A DNA stretch of 64,000 nt from an uncultured Actinomycetota bacterium (GCA_963726295.1 CAVSBW010000009.1:629-64628); one strand, 5' to 3'; counted from the first letter of the stretch, positions 10,082-20,358 are shown. Translations and numbers: made by a program. Notes: generated from the letters alone by a model not told the origin.

Positions 10082-10272
10082 AGCGGACACCTCCACTGCT
10101 TGCGTCGGCGCGTGCTTCGCTCCGGCCTGGGCCCGAGTGTTGTCCGCACCGCCGACACGCGCAGGAGGCGACAGGGCCACGCACCCGCGGATGCGCCGTG
10201 GGTGGTCCTGTCGCGGATCCCGGCGATTCATCGCCCTGAACTGCCGGACCGCTGTGTCCGCGAGGTGCATCG

Positions 10273-11628
10273 ATGAGCGCCCCGGCGCCGGATCACCGGA
10301 GCGTGGGTGAGCTGCTGGCCAGCGCGGACCTCGCCGCCCGAGAGTGCCTGTGGGACCCGAACGCCGACAACGCTCAGGCTCGGGTGCGATCTTGGGTGGG
10401 GCTGGTCGAGGAAGCCGCTCGGGTGTGGGAGCTGCTGCCGACGGCGCCGTGGGCGGACCAGCAGCTGATGACCGAGGTGTTCCATCGGCGCACCTCGCTG
10501 GCCGAACGGTGCGTCCGCTTCGGTTGGCCCGGCCGCGGTGAGCTGGACCCGACGGTCGACGAGGCCACCGAAGCACTGGCCCGTGCCGGCGCCCTGCTCC
10601 GCGGCCGGGTGGACCACACGAGGCAGCCGACGCCGCCGGTGGACGCCGACGCCGCGGCGTCACGGGTGCGCCTGATGCACACCCTTCTGGCTGCCACTCA
10701 CGGCACCGCGCTCAGCGTTTCAGCCTATGTCCGCAACCGCGACCCGGCCGCCGGGCCTAAGGGGCTCAGCGGACAGGGTGCAAGGCAAGCGTGCCGAGCC
10801 ACCTCGGTGACCCTGGCCGGCATCGAGAGCCGAGTCCAGGCCTACCTGACGCCACGTTGGCCGCGCCTGCTGCACGGTGAGCATCGCGAGCCGGTCGACC
10901 CCGGACGCCTCGAGCACGCACTGGCGGTGTGGGCCGTGACGGCTCTGCGCAGCATGGCCGTCTCCCCCGAGCCCGACGCGGTGCTGTTCGTGTCTCGGGT
11001 GCAGGGCACGCTGGGCCGCTCGCTGCAGGTGCTCGGGGCGGCCTCGGCATCGCTCGGTGCGGTGGACCCGCAGCAGTACGCCTCCCGCGCCGCGCCTGCG
11101 TTCGCTGCGTTGACGGACGGCTGGGCCACGCTCCAGGGCTCCTTCCCCGCCAGTCCACGAGCCCTGCGACTGGTGGACCGGCACCTCCTCGCCGCCGGTC
11201 AGGAGGTCCTGGCCGCTGCCCGCGAGATCACCTTGGACGGCGGCGCCACCGCAGCCCGGGCCACCATCGCCGCACGAGTCGACCTGCGCGAGGCGGGCGA
11301 AGCGCTCCACCGCAACGTCACCACGGCAGCCGACCTCGCCGCCAGCATCCGTCAGGCCGTGGCGGACCCTGCCATGCCTGTCCCCGGCTACGACGCGGCC
11401 GAGAAGGCCCGCCGGCGCGTCGCCGCAGGCAGCGCCGCGCACGCCCTCGTTCAAGCGGCCACCATCGCGGACTCGGCCGGCAGCTTCCTGACCGCCCGGC
11501 CCACCACCCACCGCTCCCCCGACCCGACCATCCGCACACTTTCCCCGGTCCCACGGGCGGGGCGCGAGCACGACCGCAGAGCCATCACCGCGATGCGTGC
11601 CGAACCGCGCAGAGCACCGAGCCGATGA
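10273..11628 (+). CDS. Hypothetical protein (Ala-rich, 451 aa)
   Basis: Longest ORF at this locus, with GC3-rich codon usage like its neighbours. No recognisable motif. Confidence 0.4.
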   Translation: MSAPAPDHRSVGELLASADLAARECLWDPNADNAQARVRSWVGLVEEAARVWELLPTAPWADQQLMTEVFHRRTSLAERCVRFGWPGRGELDPTVDEATEALARAGALLRGRVDHTRQPTPPVDADAAASRVRLMHTLLAATHGTALSVSAYVRNRDPAAGPKGLSGQGARQACRATSVTLAGIESRVQAYLTPRWPRLLHGEHREPVDPGRLEHALAVWAVTALRSMAVSPEPDAVLFVSRVQGTLGRSLQVLGAASASLGAVDPQQYASRAAPAFAALTDGWATLQGSFPASPRALRLVDRHLLAAGQEVLAAAREITLDGGATAARATIAARVDLREAGEALHRNVTTAADLAASIRQAVADPAMPVPGYDAAEKARRRVAAGSAAHALVQAATIADSAGSFLTARPTTHRSPDPTIRTLSPVPRAGREHDRRAITAMRAEPRRAPSR

Positions 11629-11751
11629 TCCACAGCTCGGAGAGCCTCGCCCGGTCATCCACAGCCCCAGAAGCAGCGCTGTCGGTGCCGGGCCGGGTCT
11701 GCGGGAATCCGAACCGGAGACACGCAAAGCCCACACACTCAAGGAGCATCG

Positions 11752-12207
11752 ATGAGCACCGCGGACTCGCCTGAGCCTCCAGAGTCGGTCTGGCCTCAGC
11801 CGACGCCGGAGTCCCTGCCCGCAGCCGCCAGCCGAGCACAGAAGCCAGCCCTTTCCCGAGACACGCTCGCCAGCCCCACCCCGGGCGCGCTGGACACGCT
11901 GATGGATGTTGGGACCATTCTCTCCCAAGCTTTCTCACGCGCCCGGCAGGCCAACGCCATCGGTATGTACGACACCGCGGACCGCATCGAGGAGGTCGGA
12001 CTGGCCTTCGGCGTCCTCATCCCCGCCGACCTGTGGCAGACCTACTGCGACCGCAAGCTGGACGCCGAGCTCGCCGACCACTCCCCCGCCGAACTCGTTC
12101 GTGAGGCTCTGGCGCGCGTCAGCCACGTCAGTCTTGGGAACTACCCAACGGGAACGTCCACCGCAATCTACGCACTGGTGAGACTGACCAGCGACGTAGC
12201 GCAGTGA
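11752..12207 (+). CDS. Hypothetical protein (151 aa)
   Basis: ORF with a plausible globular C-terminal half. No recognisable motif. Confidence 0.3.
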   Translation: MSTADSPEPPESVWPQPTPESLPAAASRAQKPALSRDTLASPTPGALDTLMDVGTILSQAFSRARQANAIGMYDTADRIEEVGLAFGVLIPADLWQTYCDRKLDAELADHSPAELVREALARVSHVSLGNYPTGTSTAIYALVRLTSDVAQ

Positions 12208-12586
12208 CAGATCAAGAGCCGCGAGTGCGCCTCGCTGTCCCCCTCCAGGACCTTCGCCGACTCGCCCCACCCGTGCGCCCAGAAGTGCCTATGGGTGTGC
12301 CCCCTTGGCGGCGGAATGCCCTGCTCGCTCGGAAGCCGTCGCATGGGACGATCAAGGCGTGAGGATCGTCGACCGGATCCGAAGGTGGTGAAGGACGCGC
12401 GCGGATGGCTGGTCCCGGATGACGCCGCGAACGGTTCCGCCGGCAGGACCGCCAGTCTTCGATCGGGATGGGAAAGCCTCTACCGAGGATCCGCCTCCCG
12501 GCTCGTAAGTCTGCGTCCGAATGCGCCCAGCTCGCGGCGGAATTTCGCTGTGCGTGCTCTGGCTGCCGCCCACGCGGTGCCGTGGG

Positions 12587-13312
12587 CTACCCGCCGACCG
12601 CGACCACCCGGTCCGCCGGCGCCCCGCTGGCCCGGGCGGCCGCCCGGCACGCGGTGACGAACCCCTGCGGTCCCGCGACGACGACGTCGTGGCCGCTGAG
12701 GTCCGGCGCGACCCGCGGCAGGATCGCCGGGACGCGTCCGTGCAGGCGGCCCGCGGCCCACGCACGGGTCAGGGTCGTCAGCGTCCGGAAGTTCGGGTAC
12801 CGGAGGGACCAGTCCGCGAGGGTTCCTCCGGCGAGCACGTGGCGTTCCGTGCGCACCGAGAGGAGCACCGTGAGCGGCTCGGCGTGGCCCGCCGCCAGCG
12901 CGGCGTCCGCAAGGGCGAGGATCGGGGCGAGGCCGGACCCGCCGGCCAGGCACAGCGTAGGGCACCGACGCGACAGCTCGGGGGCCCGCGCGCCGCGGGG
13001 TCCGGTGACCCGGATGCGGTCGCCCTGTCGCACGCCCTCGTGGACCCAGCCGCTCAGCGCGCCGCCCGTCGCCCGGGAGACGAGAAGGGACAGCTCGCCG
13101 TCCCCCCGCGGGGCGTTGCAGATGGTGTAGGGCCGCGTTGTGGCGTCGGGGCCGTGAACGAGCAGGTACTGGCCCGGCCGGTGGTCGATGCCGCCGCCAA
13201 GGGGACGCAGGCGCAGCTCGACGACGCCGGGCCCGTGTGCCACCTTGCCCACGACCTCCGCGGACTGGCTCACCCCGTTGGCCCCCCGGTCAGCCGGCGC
13301 GACGAGCGGCAT
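12587..13312 (-). CDS. FNR-like FAD/NAD(P)H-binding flavin reductase
   Basis: In-frame part of ORF 12587..13564 from ATG 13312. RPYTI matches the RxY(S/T) FAD motif and CLAGGSGLAPIL matches the GGxGxxP NAD(P)H motif. It overlaps the monooxygenase gene by 23 nt. Confidence 0.7.
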   Translation of the reverse strand: MPLVAPADRGANGVSQSAEVVGKVAHGPGVVELRLRPLGGGIDHRPGQYLLVHGPDATTRPYTICNAPRGDGELSLLVSRATGGALSGWVHEGVRQGDRIRVTGPRGARAPELSRRCPTLCLAGGSGLAPILALADAALAAGHAEPLTVLLSVRTERHVLAGGTLADWSLRYPNFRTLTTLTRAWAAGRLHGRVPAILPRVAPDLSGHDVVVAGPQGFVTACRAAARASGAPADRVVAVGG

Positions 13313-14348
13313 CGTGCGCTCCGACCAGCCCGGCCACGTGCTCCAGCGACTCCATGATGTCCGGCGCCGGGACCCCGTAGTCGACGAGGCAGGCGATCTC
13401 GTCGACGCCCGTCGCGGCCATCCTGGCCACCGTGCGGTCCGCGTCGGCGAGCGTGCCGAAAAGGCCGCTCGATGTGAAGTACCGGTCGAAGGCGAGGCGC
13501 ACCAACGACTCGCGCTCCTTCTCGGACACCGAGTCGACGTCGAGGCCGGGCGGAAGGAGACCACTGGATGCCGCGACGAGCTCGAGCGAGCTGCGCAGGT
13601 AGCCGCTCAGGGGCTCGCGGACGCGGTCGCGGACGGCTTCACGGTCCTCCCCGAGGAGGGTGTGCAGCATGAGCACCACGTGTCCGCGGGCCTGCGGCCC
13701 ACGGGCCTCGGCGAACGCCTCGCGATAGGCCGCGATCTTGTCGCGGAGCTCCTCCGGGGACTGTCCGAGCAAGTGCGTCAGCACACCGGCGCCGAGGCGG
13801 CCCGCAGCGCGGAATGTGTCGACCGACCCGGCGCTCGTGACCCAAACCGGCAGCTCCGGTTGAACGGGCGGAGGGAAGACGCGTACCTCCCGCGGGGCAC
13901 CGGTGCCGTCGGGGAACTCGAGGCTGTCACCGCGCCACAGCCGGCGGACCTGCTCCACGGTGTCGGTGAGCACCGTCCTGCGGTCCTCGTACGCCTCGGG
14001 GCGCAGGACGAAGTCGGTTGCGTGCCACCCGGAGGCGAACGAGACCCCAACCCGGCCGTCGGAGAGGTTGTCCACGACGGCCCACTCCTCGGCGATCCGG
14101 ACCGGGTGGTGCAAAGGAGCGACGACGCTGCCGGCCCGGATCCTGATCCGCTCGGTCATGGCGGCGACCGCCGCCCCGGTGACCGCCGGGTTCGGGTAGA
14201 GGCCACCGAAGGGGTGGAAGTGGCGCTCCGGGGTCCAGACGGCCGTGAACCCGTGCGCGTCGGCGAATCGGGCGCAGTCGAGGAGCAGACGGTACCCGTG
14301 GTCACCGGCGGTGGCGCTATCGGCGAAGAAGAAAAGGCTGTAGTCCAT
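13290..14348 (-). CDS. Luciferase-like (LLM) flavin-dependent monooxygenase, secondary-metabolism type
   Basis: MDYSLFFFADSA...FTAVWTPERHFHPFGGLYPNPAV...VSFASGWH... The FSLFFF N-terminus and overall pattern match the LLM class found in NRPS/PKS clusters. Confidence 0.8.
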   Translation of the reverse strand: MDYSLFFFADSATAGDHGYRLLLDCARFADAHGFTAVWTPERHFHPFGGLYPNPAVTGAAVAAMTERIRIRAGSVVAPLHHPVRIAEEWAVVDNLSDGRVGVSFASGWHATDFVLRPEAYEDRRTVLTDTVEQVRRLWRGDSLEFPDGTGAPREVRVFPPPVQPELPVWVTSAGSVDTFRAAGRLGAGVLTHLLGQSPEELRDKIAAYREAFAEARGPQARGHVVLMLHTLLGEDREAVRDRVREPLSGYLRSSLELVAASSGLLPPGLDVDSVSEKERESLVRLAFDRYFTSSGLFGTLADADRTVARMAATGVDEIACLVDYGVPAPDIMESLEHVAGLVGAHDAARRAG

Positions 14349-14359
14349 GCCCGGCCGCC

Positions 14360-17300
14360 TCAGAGCCGGCTCAACAGCTCGTCGAGCTGTGTCTGGTCGA
14401 CCCGCGCGAGGGGGAAGTCCGACGCCACCGGCGCTGGCCCGTCCTCGTCGTCACCGGGGGCCGCCATGACGCGCAGCTCGTCGACGAGGCGTTCCGCCGC
14501 CGCGGCCACGGTCTCGACGCGGTGCCGCGCCGGGTCGTGGGTCCAGCGGGCGGTGATCACCCCGTCGCCCAGCTCGAGGTCGACCTCGAGCGGGTACGCG
14601 CGAGGGGTGCGGGCGCTCCGCTCGCCGTCGGCGGGACCGAGGAGGCGTAGCCCGGGACGCTCGGCGGGCGGCTCCGGGGTCACGAACCGCACCACGAGGT
14701 CGGCGCCCGGGTCGCTCACGGGATCGGAGTCCTGGCGCAGGAGCTGCCAGCCGACGCCGTCACCGGGCACGGCACCGAGATGGTCCGCGACCGCGCGGAC
14801 CGCGTCGGACGCCGGCTCGTCGGGGTTCGCCGGCAGCACGACCGGGTGGACGTGCCCGAAACGGCCCACCGTCCGGGCGAGGTCGACCTCGGGGAAGACC
14901 GCCACACGGTCCTGCCGCTCGAGGTCGACCCGGACGGCGTCGCCGCGCGCGCAGGGCGCGAGGCTGCGTCCGAGGGCGGCAAGGACGACCTCCTCGACCC
15001 GGCAGCCGAGTCGCTCGGCCACGGCCCTCACGCCGTCGGTGTCCCTGCGGTTCAGGGCCGTCGACATCGTCCGAGCGCTGGCGACCGTGGTCGGGGCGTC
15101 GGGCTCGGGTCCGTCGGAGGCGAGCGAGCCGGATGCCCTCGCCACGACGGACTCCCAGTGGTAACGCTCACCCTGGACGTCCTCGCTGCCGACGTGCCGG
15201 GCCAGCCGCCGGGCCCACGACTGCCACGACGTCGTCTTCGCGGGGAGGGTGGGCTCGGTCCCGTCGCGTCGGGCCCGGAGCCCGGCCGCGAGGTCGTCGA
15301 GGAGGATCCCGAGCGAGGTCCGGTCCGCGACCAGCCCGTGGGCGACGATGACCAGGCGGTCGGGCCGCGGGCCCCGACGGGCGAGCAGGACCCTCGTGAG
15401 TGGGCCGACGGCCGGGTCGAGCCCACGCTGGGCCACGTCCACGAGCTCGGCGAGGCGGGCGTCCTGCCCCTCCTCGTCGAGGTCGGAGAGGTCGTGGAGC
15501 GCCACGGGGGTTGCGTCGCCGGGCGCCGCGACGCGCACCCGGGTCGACTCCCCCGCCACGAGCAGGCGCTGGCGCAGACCGTCGTGGTGGAGCATCACCT
15601 GCTCGACGGTGGCGCGCAGGTCGTCGTCGTCGACCGGTCCGGTGGGCTCGAGCTCCGCGGAGACGTTCCAGTGCGCCACGTCCGGGGCTCCCGCGGTGCA
15701 CAGCCACCGCTGGGAGGGGGCCAGCGGCGCCGGACCCGAGACGGGCCCCTGCTCGGCGTCGACGACCGGTCCGACGGCCGCGACGGCCGCGAGCGAGGCG
15801 ACCGTGGGTCTCGAGAAGACGTCGAACGGGGTGAGCCGAACGCCACGCTCGGCGGCCCGCGCGACGACCTGAATGGCGAGGATGGAGTCCCCGCCGATCT
15901 CGAAGAAGTTGTCGTGGATGCCCACCCGCGGCCGGCCGAGGACGTCGGCCACCGCGGTCGCCAGCAGCTCCTGGACCGGCGTCTCGGGCTCCACCTCCTG
16001 CTCGCCGCTCGGCCCGGGCTCGCCGGTCGGTTCCGGCAGGGCGGCGCGGTCGACCTTGCCGTTCGAGGTCACGGGGAGGGCCTCCAGCGCCACCAGCTCA
16101 GCCGGCACCATGTACCCCGGAAGCTCGCCCTGGAGGTGGCGTCGCACCTCGCCGAGGTCGAGTCCCCCATCGGTCGCGGCCACGACGTAGCCGACAAGGC
16201 GGCGGTCGCCGAGGGCCGGCTCCACGGCGACGACGACTGACTCCGCGACGCCCGGCTGCCGGTTCAGTGCCGACTCGACCTCGGTCGGCTCGATGCGGTA
16301 GCCACGGACCTTGATCTGGGTGTCGACCCGGGAGTGGAACTCCAGGTTGCCGTCCGGGCGCCGACGCACCAGATCGCCGGTGCGGTACAGGCGGCCTCGC
16401 GGGCTCGCCGGGTCGGCGACGAACCGCTCCGCGGTCAGTGCCGCCCGGCCGAGGTAGCCGCGGGCCAGTGTTCCGCCACCGATGTGGAGCTCTCCCACCG
16501 CGCCGACGGGCACGGGTCGCAGCCGGTCGTCGAGCACGGAGAGGTCCGCCGACGGGATCGGCGTCCCGATCGGGAGGTTCGGCCACGAGGGGGTCGGGTC
16601 GCCCGGGTCGAGCCGGAAGAACGTGGAGGTGACCGTCGTCTCGGTCAGCCCGTAGCAGTGGACCAGCGGCGTCCCGTGCCGGCGCCACCGCTCGACGCGC
16701 TCGGGCAGGACCCGCTCGCCGCCGATGACGACCATCCGCAGGCAGTCCGGCAGGTCGCGCTCGCGCCGGTCCAGCTCCCTCACCCACTCGTGCCAGAACG
16801 CCGTGGGCAGCTCCATCACCGTGATGCGCTCGCGCCGGGCAAGGTCCGCGAGGTCGTCCTCCCCGTTCGTCACCGACCTGGCGGGCACGACGACGCACCC
16901 GCCGGCCAACCAGACGGGGAACAGCTCCTCCGCGAGGACGTCGAAGCCGGGCGAGGCGAACTGGAGGAAGCGGTCACCCGACCCGAGGCCGAGCCGTTCC
17001 TGCACCTCGCGCGCGAAGGTCATGAGCGAGCCGTGCTCGACCATCGCGCCCTTCGGCGTCCCGGTGGAACCGGAGGTGTACACGACGTAGGCCAGGGAGT
17101 CAGGCGCCGGGAGGGACAGTGGGGCGTCGTCGCCGGGCTCGGGCTCGGCGGGCACGTCCACGAGGACCGTTCGCGGTGCCGAACCCTCGGGCGCCGCCCC
17201 CGCGACCACGGACTCGTGGGTGCCGTCCGTGAGGAGCACCTCGACACCGGCGTCGGCGAGCACGCGGCAACTCCGGAGCGGTGGGTAGTCGACGTCCAGC

Positions 17301-19021
17301 GGCACGTACGCGCCACCGGACTTCAGCACCCCGAGCACCGCGGTGAGCAGCCGTGGGGAGCGGTCGAGGAGGATGCCGACCAGGGACCCCTCCGCGACCC
17401 CCTCCCGCCGCAGCCGACGGGCCAGCCGGTCGGCGTCGCGGTCGAGCTCCGCGTAGCTCGTTGAGACCCCGTCGCACACCACCGCAGGAGCGTGCGGAGC
17501 CTGCGCGACCCGGGCCGCGAAGAGCTCGACGTAGGTGGGCGGCGGGGTGGCGGTCCCCACGCACGCCGCCGGGAGGACGGTCCGCGGGTCGGTCTCCAGG
17601 TCCACCCCGTCGACGGTTGTCTCCGGAGACGTGGCGATCTCGTGGAGGATCCGCTCGAACTGACCGGCGAGGAGGACCACGGTCTCGTCGTCGAACATCT
17701 CGGTCATGTAGAGCCATTGGAGGCACAGCTCGTCCGCTTCGGGGTTCACGCCGAGGGTGAGGGGGCTGGGCGCGAGGTTCGACGGCATGGGCTCCGGGAG
17801 GATCCGCAGCCCCGGCACCTCGAGCCGGGTGGGCGTCGTGCGGACGTCGAGCCACATGTCCATGAGCGAGCTGACCGCCGTCTCAGGCCCGAGGTCGAGC
17901 TGGTCGAGCATCGCGTCGACGGGTAGGTCCTGGTGGCCGTAGGCCGTGACGACGGTGGCCCGCGCCGTCCGGACCACCTCGCGGAGCGTCTGCTCGCCGC
18001 TGACGCGGACCCGCAGCGGGAGCGCACCGACGAAGCACCCGAGGGTCCGCTCGATCTCGGCACGGTTGCGCCCGACGAGGATCTCGCCGATGACGAGGTC
18101 CTGACGTCCCGTGTAGCGGTGCAGCAGCACGGCGCTCGCCGCGCAGAGGACCACCGCGAGCGAGGCCCGCTCGTCGTCGGCGAACCGGCGAAGGGCCACG
18201 GCCACGGCGCTCGGCAGCTCCCTCATCAGATCCCCGCCCACGAAGGTCGGCGTGGCCGGGTACGGGCGGTCGCTGGGCAGCGCCAGCCCCGCCGGGACCC
18301 CCTCGAGCGTGTTCCGCCAGTGCTCGCTCTCCGCGTCGATCCGTTCGACCTCGACCCCGCGCTGCCACACGGCGAAGTCCGCGTACTGGACCTCCACCGG
18401 AGGTAGGCCGCCGCACCCCGTGCTGTGCTGTTTGTAGAGGGCCGCGAACTCCTCGACGAGGAACCCCATCGAGACGAGATCGCCGGCGCTGTGGTCGGTC
18501 GTGATGAGCACGGCGTGCTCGGCAGGGCCGAAGCGCAGGAGCGAGATCCTCAGCCGATGGTGCTGGTCGGCGTCGAAGGGTGTCACGACCTCCGCCTCCC
18601 AGCGACGCCGCAGCTCGGAACGCTGCTCGTCCTCCCCGAGGTGAGTGAGGTCATCGACTGGGACCGGGACCGCGGACACGGGGTGGACCACCTGGACCAG
18701 GCCGCCGTCGGGCTGCTCCTCCACCGTCGACCGCAGCACCTCGTGGCGCTCGGTGACCTCGGTCAGCGCCCGGCCGAGGATGTCCCGGTCGAAGTCACCC
18801 TCGACCCGGAACGCGCCGATGATGTTGTTCGCGCCGCGGAAGCGGCCGAAGGCCCACTCACGCTGCTGCTGGATCGACAGCGGCGCCGGCCGGCTCCGGT
18901 CCCGGGCGGTGATCCGCTCGCCACCGGGCGGGTCGTGGACGACCCGGTCGGCGAGCCGTCGCTCGAGCAGCTCACGCTGCTCCGGGGAGAGCGCGGCGAT
19001 GCGCGTGTGGAGTTCGGTCAT
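14360..19021 (-). CDS. NRPS, C-A-T-E(epimerase-like)
   Basis: In-frame part of ORF 14360..19468 from ATG 19021 (MTELHTRIAALSPEQ). C: TTDHSAGD. A: LAYVVYTSGSTGTPKGAMVEH, YGLTETT, YRTGDLVRRRPDGNLEFHSRVDTQIKVRGYRIEPTEVE, SNGKVDR. T: FFEIGGDSILAIQV. E-like: PLAPSQRWL, AHGLVAD, RTVGRFGHVHPV. Confidence 0.9.
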   Translation of the reverse strand: MTELHTRIAALSPEQRELLERRLADRVVHDPPGGERITARDRSRPAPLSIQQQREWAFGRFRGANNIIGAFRVEGDFDRDILGRALTEVTERHEVLRSTVEEQPDGGLVQVVHPVSAVPVPVDDLTHLGEDEQRSELRRRWEAEVVTPFDADQHHRLRISLLRFGPAEHAVLITTDHSAGDLVSMGFLVEEFAALYKQHSTGCGGLPPVEVQYADFAVWQRGVEVERIDAESEHWRNTLEGVPAGLALPSDRPYPATPTFVGGDLMRELPSAVAVALRRFADDERASLAVVLCAASAVLLHRYTGRQDLVIGEILVGRNRAEIERTLGCFVGALPLRVRVSGEQTLREVVRTARATVVTAYGHQDLPVDAMLDQLDLGPETAVSSLMDMWLDVRTTPTRLEVPGLRILPEPMPSNLAPSPLTLGVNPEADELCLQWLYMTEMFDDETVVLLAGQFERILHEIATSPETTVDGVDLETDPRTVLPAACVGTATPPPTYVELFAARVAQAPHAPAVVCDGVSTSYAELDRDADRLARRLRREGVAEGSLVGILLDRSPRLLTAVLGVLKSGGAYVPLDVDYPPLRSCRVLADAGVEVLLTDGTHESVVAGAAPEGSAPRTVLVDVPAEPEPGDDAPLSLPAPDSLAYVVYTSGSTGTPKGAMVEHGSLMTFAREVQERLGLGSGDRFLQFASPGFDVLAEELFPVWLAGGCVVVPARSVTNGEDDLADLARRERITVMELPTAFWHEWVRELDRRERDLPDCLRMVVIGGERVLPERVERWRRHGTPLVHCYGLTETTVTSTFFRLDPGDPTPSWPNLPIGTPIPSADLSVLDDRLRPVPVGAVGELHIGGGTLARGYLGRAALTAERFVADPASPRGRLYRTGDLVRRRPDGNLEFHSRVDTQIKVRGYRIEPTEVESALNRQPGVAESVVVAVEPALGDRRLVGYVVAATDGGLDLGEVRRHLQGELPGYMVPAELVALEALPVTSNGKVDRAALPEPTGEPGPSGEQEVEPETPVQELLATAVADVLGRPRVGIHDNFFEIGGDSILAIQVVARAAERGVRLTPFDVFSRPTVASLAAVAAVGPVVDAEQGPVSGPAPLAPSQRWLCTAGAPDVAHWNVSAELEPTGPVDDDDLRATVEQVMLHHDGLRQRLLVAGESTRVRVAAPGDATPVALHDLSDLDEEGQDARLAELVDVAQRGLDPAVGPLTRVLLARRGPRPDRLVIVAHGLVADRTSLGILLDDLAAGLRARRDGTEPTLPAKTTSWQSWARRLARHVGSEDVQGERYHWESVVARASGSLASDGPEPDAPTTVASARTMSTALNRRDTDGVRAVAERLGCRVEEVVLAALGRSLAPCARGDAVRVDLERQDRVAVFPEVDLARTVGRFGHVHPVVLPANPDEPASDAVRAVADHLGAVPGDGVGWQLLRQDSDPVSDPGADLVVRFVTPEPPAERPGLRLLGPADGERSARTPRAYPLEVDLELGDGVITARWTHDPARHRVETVAAAAERLVDELRVMAAPGDDEDGPAPVASDFPLARVDQTQLDELLSRL

Positions 19022-20154
19022 GTCGTGATCACTTCCCTGACGTCGGCGCGCAGAACATGTTCGAGCCGGTCGAGGCCGGCGGTCAGCTCGTCCCGGCTCC
19101 CCCCGAAGCCGAGGCGTACGTAGTTCCGGTACCGGTCGCCGAAGCAGGCGCCCGGAACGAGGAGGACGCGGTGCTCTTCGGCCAGCCGGCGACAGGAGGC
19201 GACGACGTCCGGCTGCCCGGGAAGTTCCACGAAGGCCGTGACCCCACCCTCCGGTTCGACCCACCGGACCAGACCCGGCAGCCGCCCGGCCCACTCGCGC
19301 ACCACCTCGAGGTTGGCGGCGGCGTGTCGCTGCTGCATCGCGACAATCCGGTCGGCGTTGCGGACCGCGTGTTCGGTGAGCAGTTCGAGCACCGGCGAGA
19401 CATACAGCGCGATGTAGTCGCGCAGCAGAGCCATCTCGGCGAGCAGCGCCGGCGGCGCGACGCACCACCCGACACGAAGCCCGGCCAGTCCGTAGCTCTT
19501 CGAGAAGGTCCCGAAAACGATGGCCCGCCCGTAGCGGTCGCTGGGAAGCGGGAGCGGTGGACGGCGGTAGGTGAGCTCACCGAAGGCGTGGTCCCAGACG
19601 AGCCAGGCGCCGCACCCGGCGGCGATCGAGACGAGCTCCTCCTGCTCGGCCGGGGTGATCGAGACCCCGGTCGGGTTGTGCGGGAAGTTGACGATGATCA
19701 TGGCCGGTCCCCGGGCTGCGAGTCGGCGCAGCTCGGCGAGATCGGCGGCGAAGCCCCGGCCCGCGTCCAGGGCCCACCGGGTCACCCGGCACCCCCGGGC
19801 GGCGGCGATGTCGTGGAGCTGCTGGTAGGCGGGGTCGACGCAGATCACCTCGTCGCCCGGTGCGAGTGCGGTGTTCATCACGAGGTAGATCGCCTCGCTC
19901 GAGCCGTGGGTCACCATGACGCGGTCCGGGTCCCCGTGCGTCCAGCGCTCGGCGAGGGCCTGGCGCAGGTGGGTTCCCCCGTGGCTCTCGCTGTCGTGGA
20001 AGACCATGCAGTCGAGTTCGGCCAGGGTGAACCCGCACTGCTCGCGGAGCTCGGCCACGGTGAGGTCGCGCACTCCGCTGCTCCCGATGTCGTGGTCGAC
20101 GGCGTGGTAGTAGTCACGCATCCAGGCCTCGAGCGCGGCTACGGCGATGTCCAT
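19018..20154 (-). CDS. PLP-dependent aminotransferase-fold enzyme (class I/II)
   Basis: In-frame part of ORF 19018..20247 from ATG 20154. Motifs: DIGSSGV, THGSSEAIYL, NFPHNPTG and FSKSYGLAGLRVGW (PLP lysine). ATGA overlap with the NRPS start (19018-19021). Confidence 0.8.
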   Translation of the reverse strand: MDIAVAALEAWMRDYYHAVDHDIGSSGVRDLTVAELREQCGFTLAELDCMVFHDSESHGGTHLRQALAERWTHGDPDRVMVTHGSSEAIYLVMNTALAPGDEVICVDPAYQQLHDIAAARGCRVTRWALDAGRGFAADLAELRRLAARGPAMIIVNFPHNPTGVSITPAEQEELVSIAAGCGAWLVWDHAFGELTYRRPPLPLPSDRYGRAIVFGTFSKSYGLAGLRVGWCVAPPALLAEMALLRDYIALYVSPVLELLTEHAVRNADRIVAMQQRHAAANLEVVREWAGRLPGLVRWVEPEGGVTAFVELPGQPDVVASCRRLAEEHRVLLVPGACFGDRYRNYVRLGFGGSRDELTAGLDRLEHVLRADVREVITT

Positions 20155-20358
20155 GTCGCGAGGTTCCGTCCCGGAGTCGGAGGTGGCCGCCGGACGGGTC
20201 CACATCCGGCTCGGCAGCGGCGCACGGGTGCGCCCGCCGGATGTCACCGTAGGAGCGGATGGCCTCTCCCGGCTGTCACGTGAAGGCGTGACGAGGGCCG
20301 AGGGGTCCTCGTTTCACGGGACAGCGAGTCGTACGTGACCGTGCCTAGCCTCGGCGGC

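Noticed and set aside
12208-12586. Lower-GC gap as a possible ncRNA or pseudogene (frame fragment ...VVKDARGWLVPDD...)
   Set aside because: There is no recognisable RNA structure or protein family, and the ORFs there (12295..12657, 12352..12765) have off-frame-like composition.
7000-12587. Possible integrative or mobile element next to the tad locus
   Set aside because: I could see no integrase, recombinase, transposase, relaxase, tRNA attachment site or flanking direct repeats.
14360-19468. N-terminal extensions offered by the ORF track for many genes (14360..19468, 20990..28774, 38870..40579, 52083..54050, 41630..44776, 2334..4442)
   Set aside because: The extensions are Arg/Pro/Gly-rich and overlap the upstream gene. 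Internal ATG/GTG starts give 4-nt stop/start overlaps or good RBSs and begin where family similarity begins.
20275-20292. Inverted repeat GTCACG-N6-CGTGAC in the divergent promoter between the PLP-enzyme gene and the MbtH gene
   Set aside because: A 6+6 palindrome is expected by chance several times in 64 kb of GC-rich DNA. There is no second copy with the same spacing elsewhere, so I did not call it an operator.
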